DNA of 64,000 bases from an uncultured Desulfarculus sp. (lineage in GTDB: Bacteria > Desulfobacterota > Desulfarculia > Desulfarculales > Desulfarculaceae): positions 96,001 to 160,000 of the forward strand of contig CAXXUK010000002.1 of NCBI GenBank assembly GCA_963665125.2, written 5' to 3'. A model generated the notes under the pieces. The model searched no databases and had not been told where the DNA came from. It was given only the letters and a program-made list of their open reading frames with translations. Position numbers and translations under genes: made by a program. Positions 63,890-64,000 of the stretch are shown here, one piece after another; position 1 is the first letter of the stretch; every line of letters starts with the position of its first letter.

Positions 63890-64000
63890 TGTTCGGCAGC
63901 ACATTCGGCAATATCCTGCGGATCAGCACATTCGGCGAAAGCCACGGCAAGGCCGTGGGCGTGGTGGTCGACGGCGTCCCGGCGGGCCTGGCCCTGGACG
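63889..64000 (+). CDS. aroC: chorismate synthase, 5' part only
   Basis: [33 protein letters not shown]. Confidence 0.93.
   Translation, partial: MFGSTFGNILRISTFGESHGKAVGVVVDGVPAGLALD

Overview
GC-rich bacterial chromosome segment; gene content suggests a Desulfobacterota/deltaproteobacterium (inference). 1-25.8 kb is mostly core: rsmB, rpe, a GMC oxidoreductase, a PAS hybrid kinase, a dnaJ-class/TPM/nucleotidyltransferase/TPM/lemA/mgtC run, an Ntn hydrolase, HDOD, holC, five Yip1-like paralogues around a lipoprotein, a LysM coiled-coil protein and a CCA-adding-type enzyme. 25.8-41.4 kb is a tRNA-Sec (selC) integration hotspot with two tandem elements. Island 1 (about 9.6 kb) is bounded by two complete tRNA-Sec genes that differ only by one compensatory base pair. 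It carries a tyrosine integrase, a DUF927 helicase-like gene and an AT-rich cargo: a split HD-domain gene plus a 1029-aa metallophosphoesterase-STAND NTPase, the best candidate here for an undescribed anti-phage module. Island 2 has a second integrase, duplicated excisionases, a stand-alone integrase core-binding domain, a PC4-like protein and a split helicase-like gene, and is cut off by an IS3 with no target duplication. 41.4-64 kb holds a MerR/LiuR-type fatty-acid catabolic operon, an AT-rich orphan, pxpA-pxpBC-MBL genes, signalling and hypothetical genes, and a trpEG-aroF-aroA-aroE-aroKB-aroC operon behind an unannotated Trp-Trp leader attenuator. All calls come from motif recognition by eye; no searches were run.
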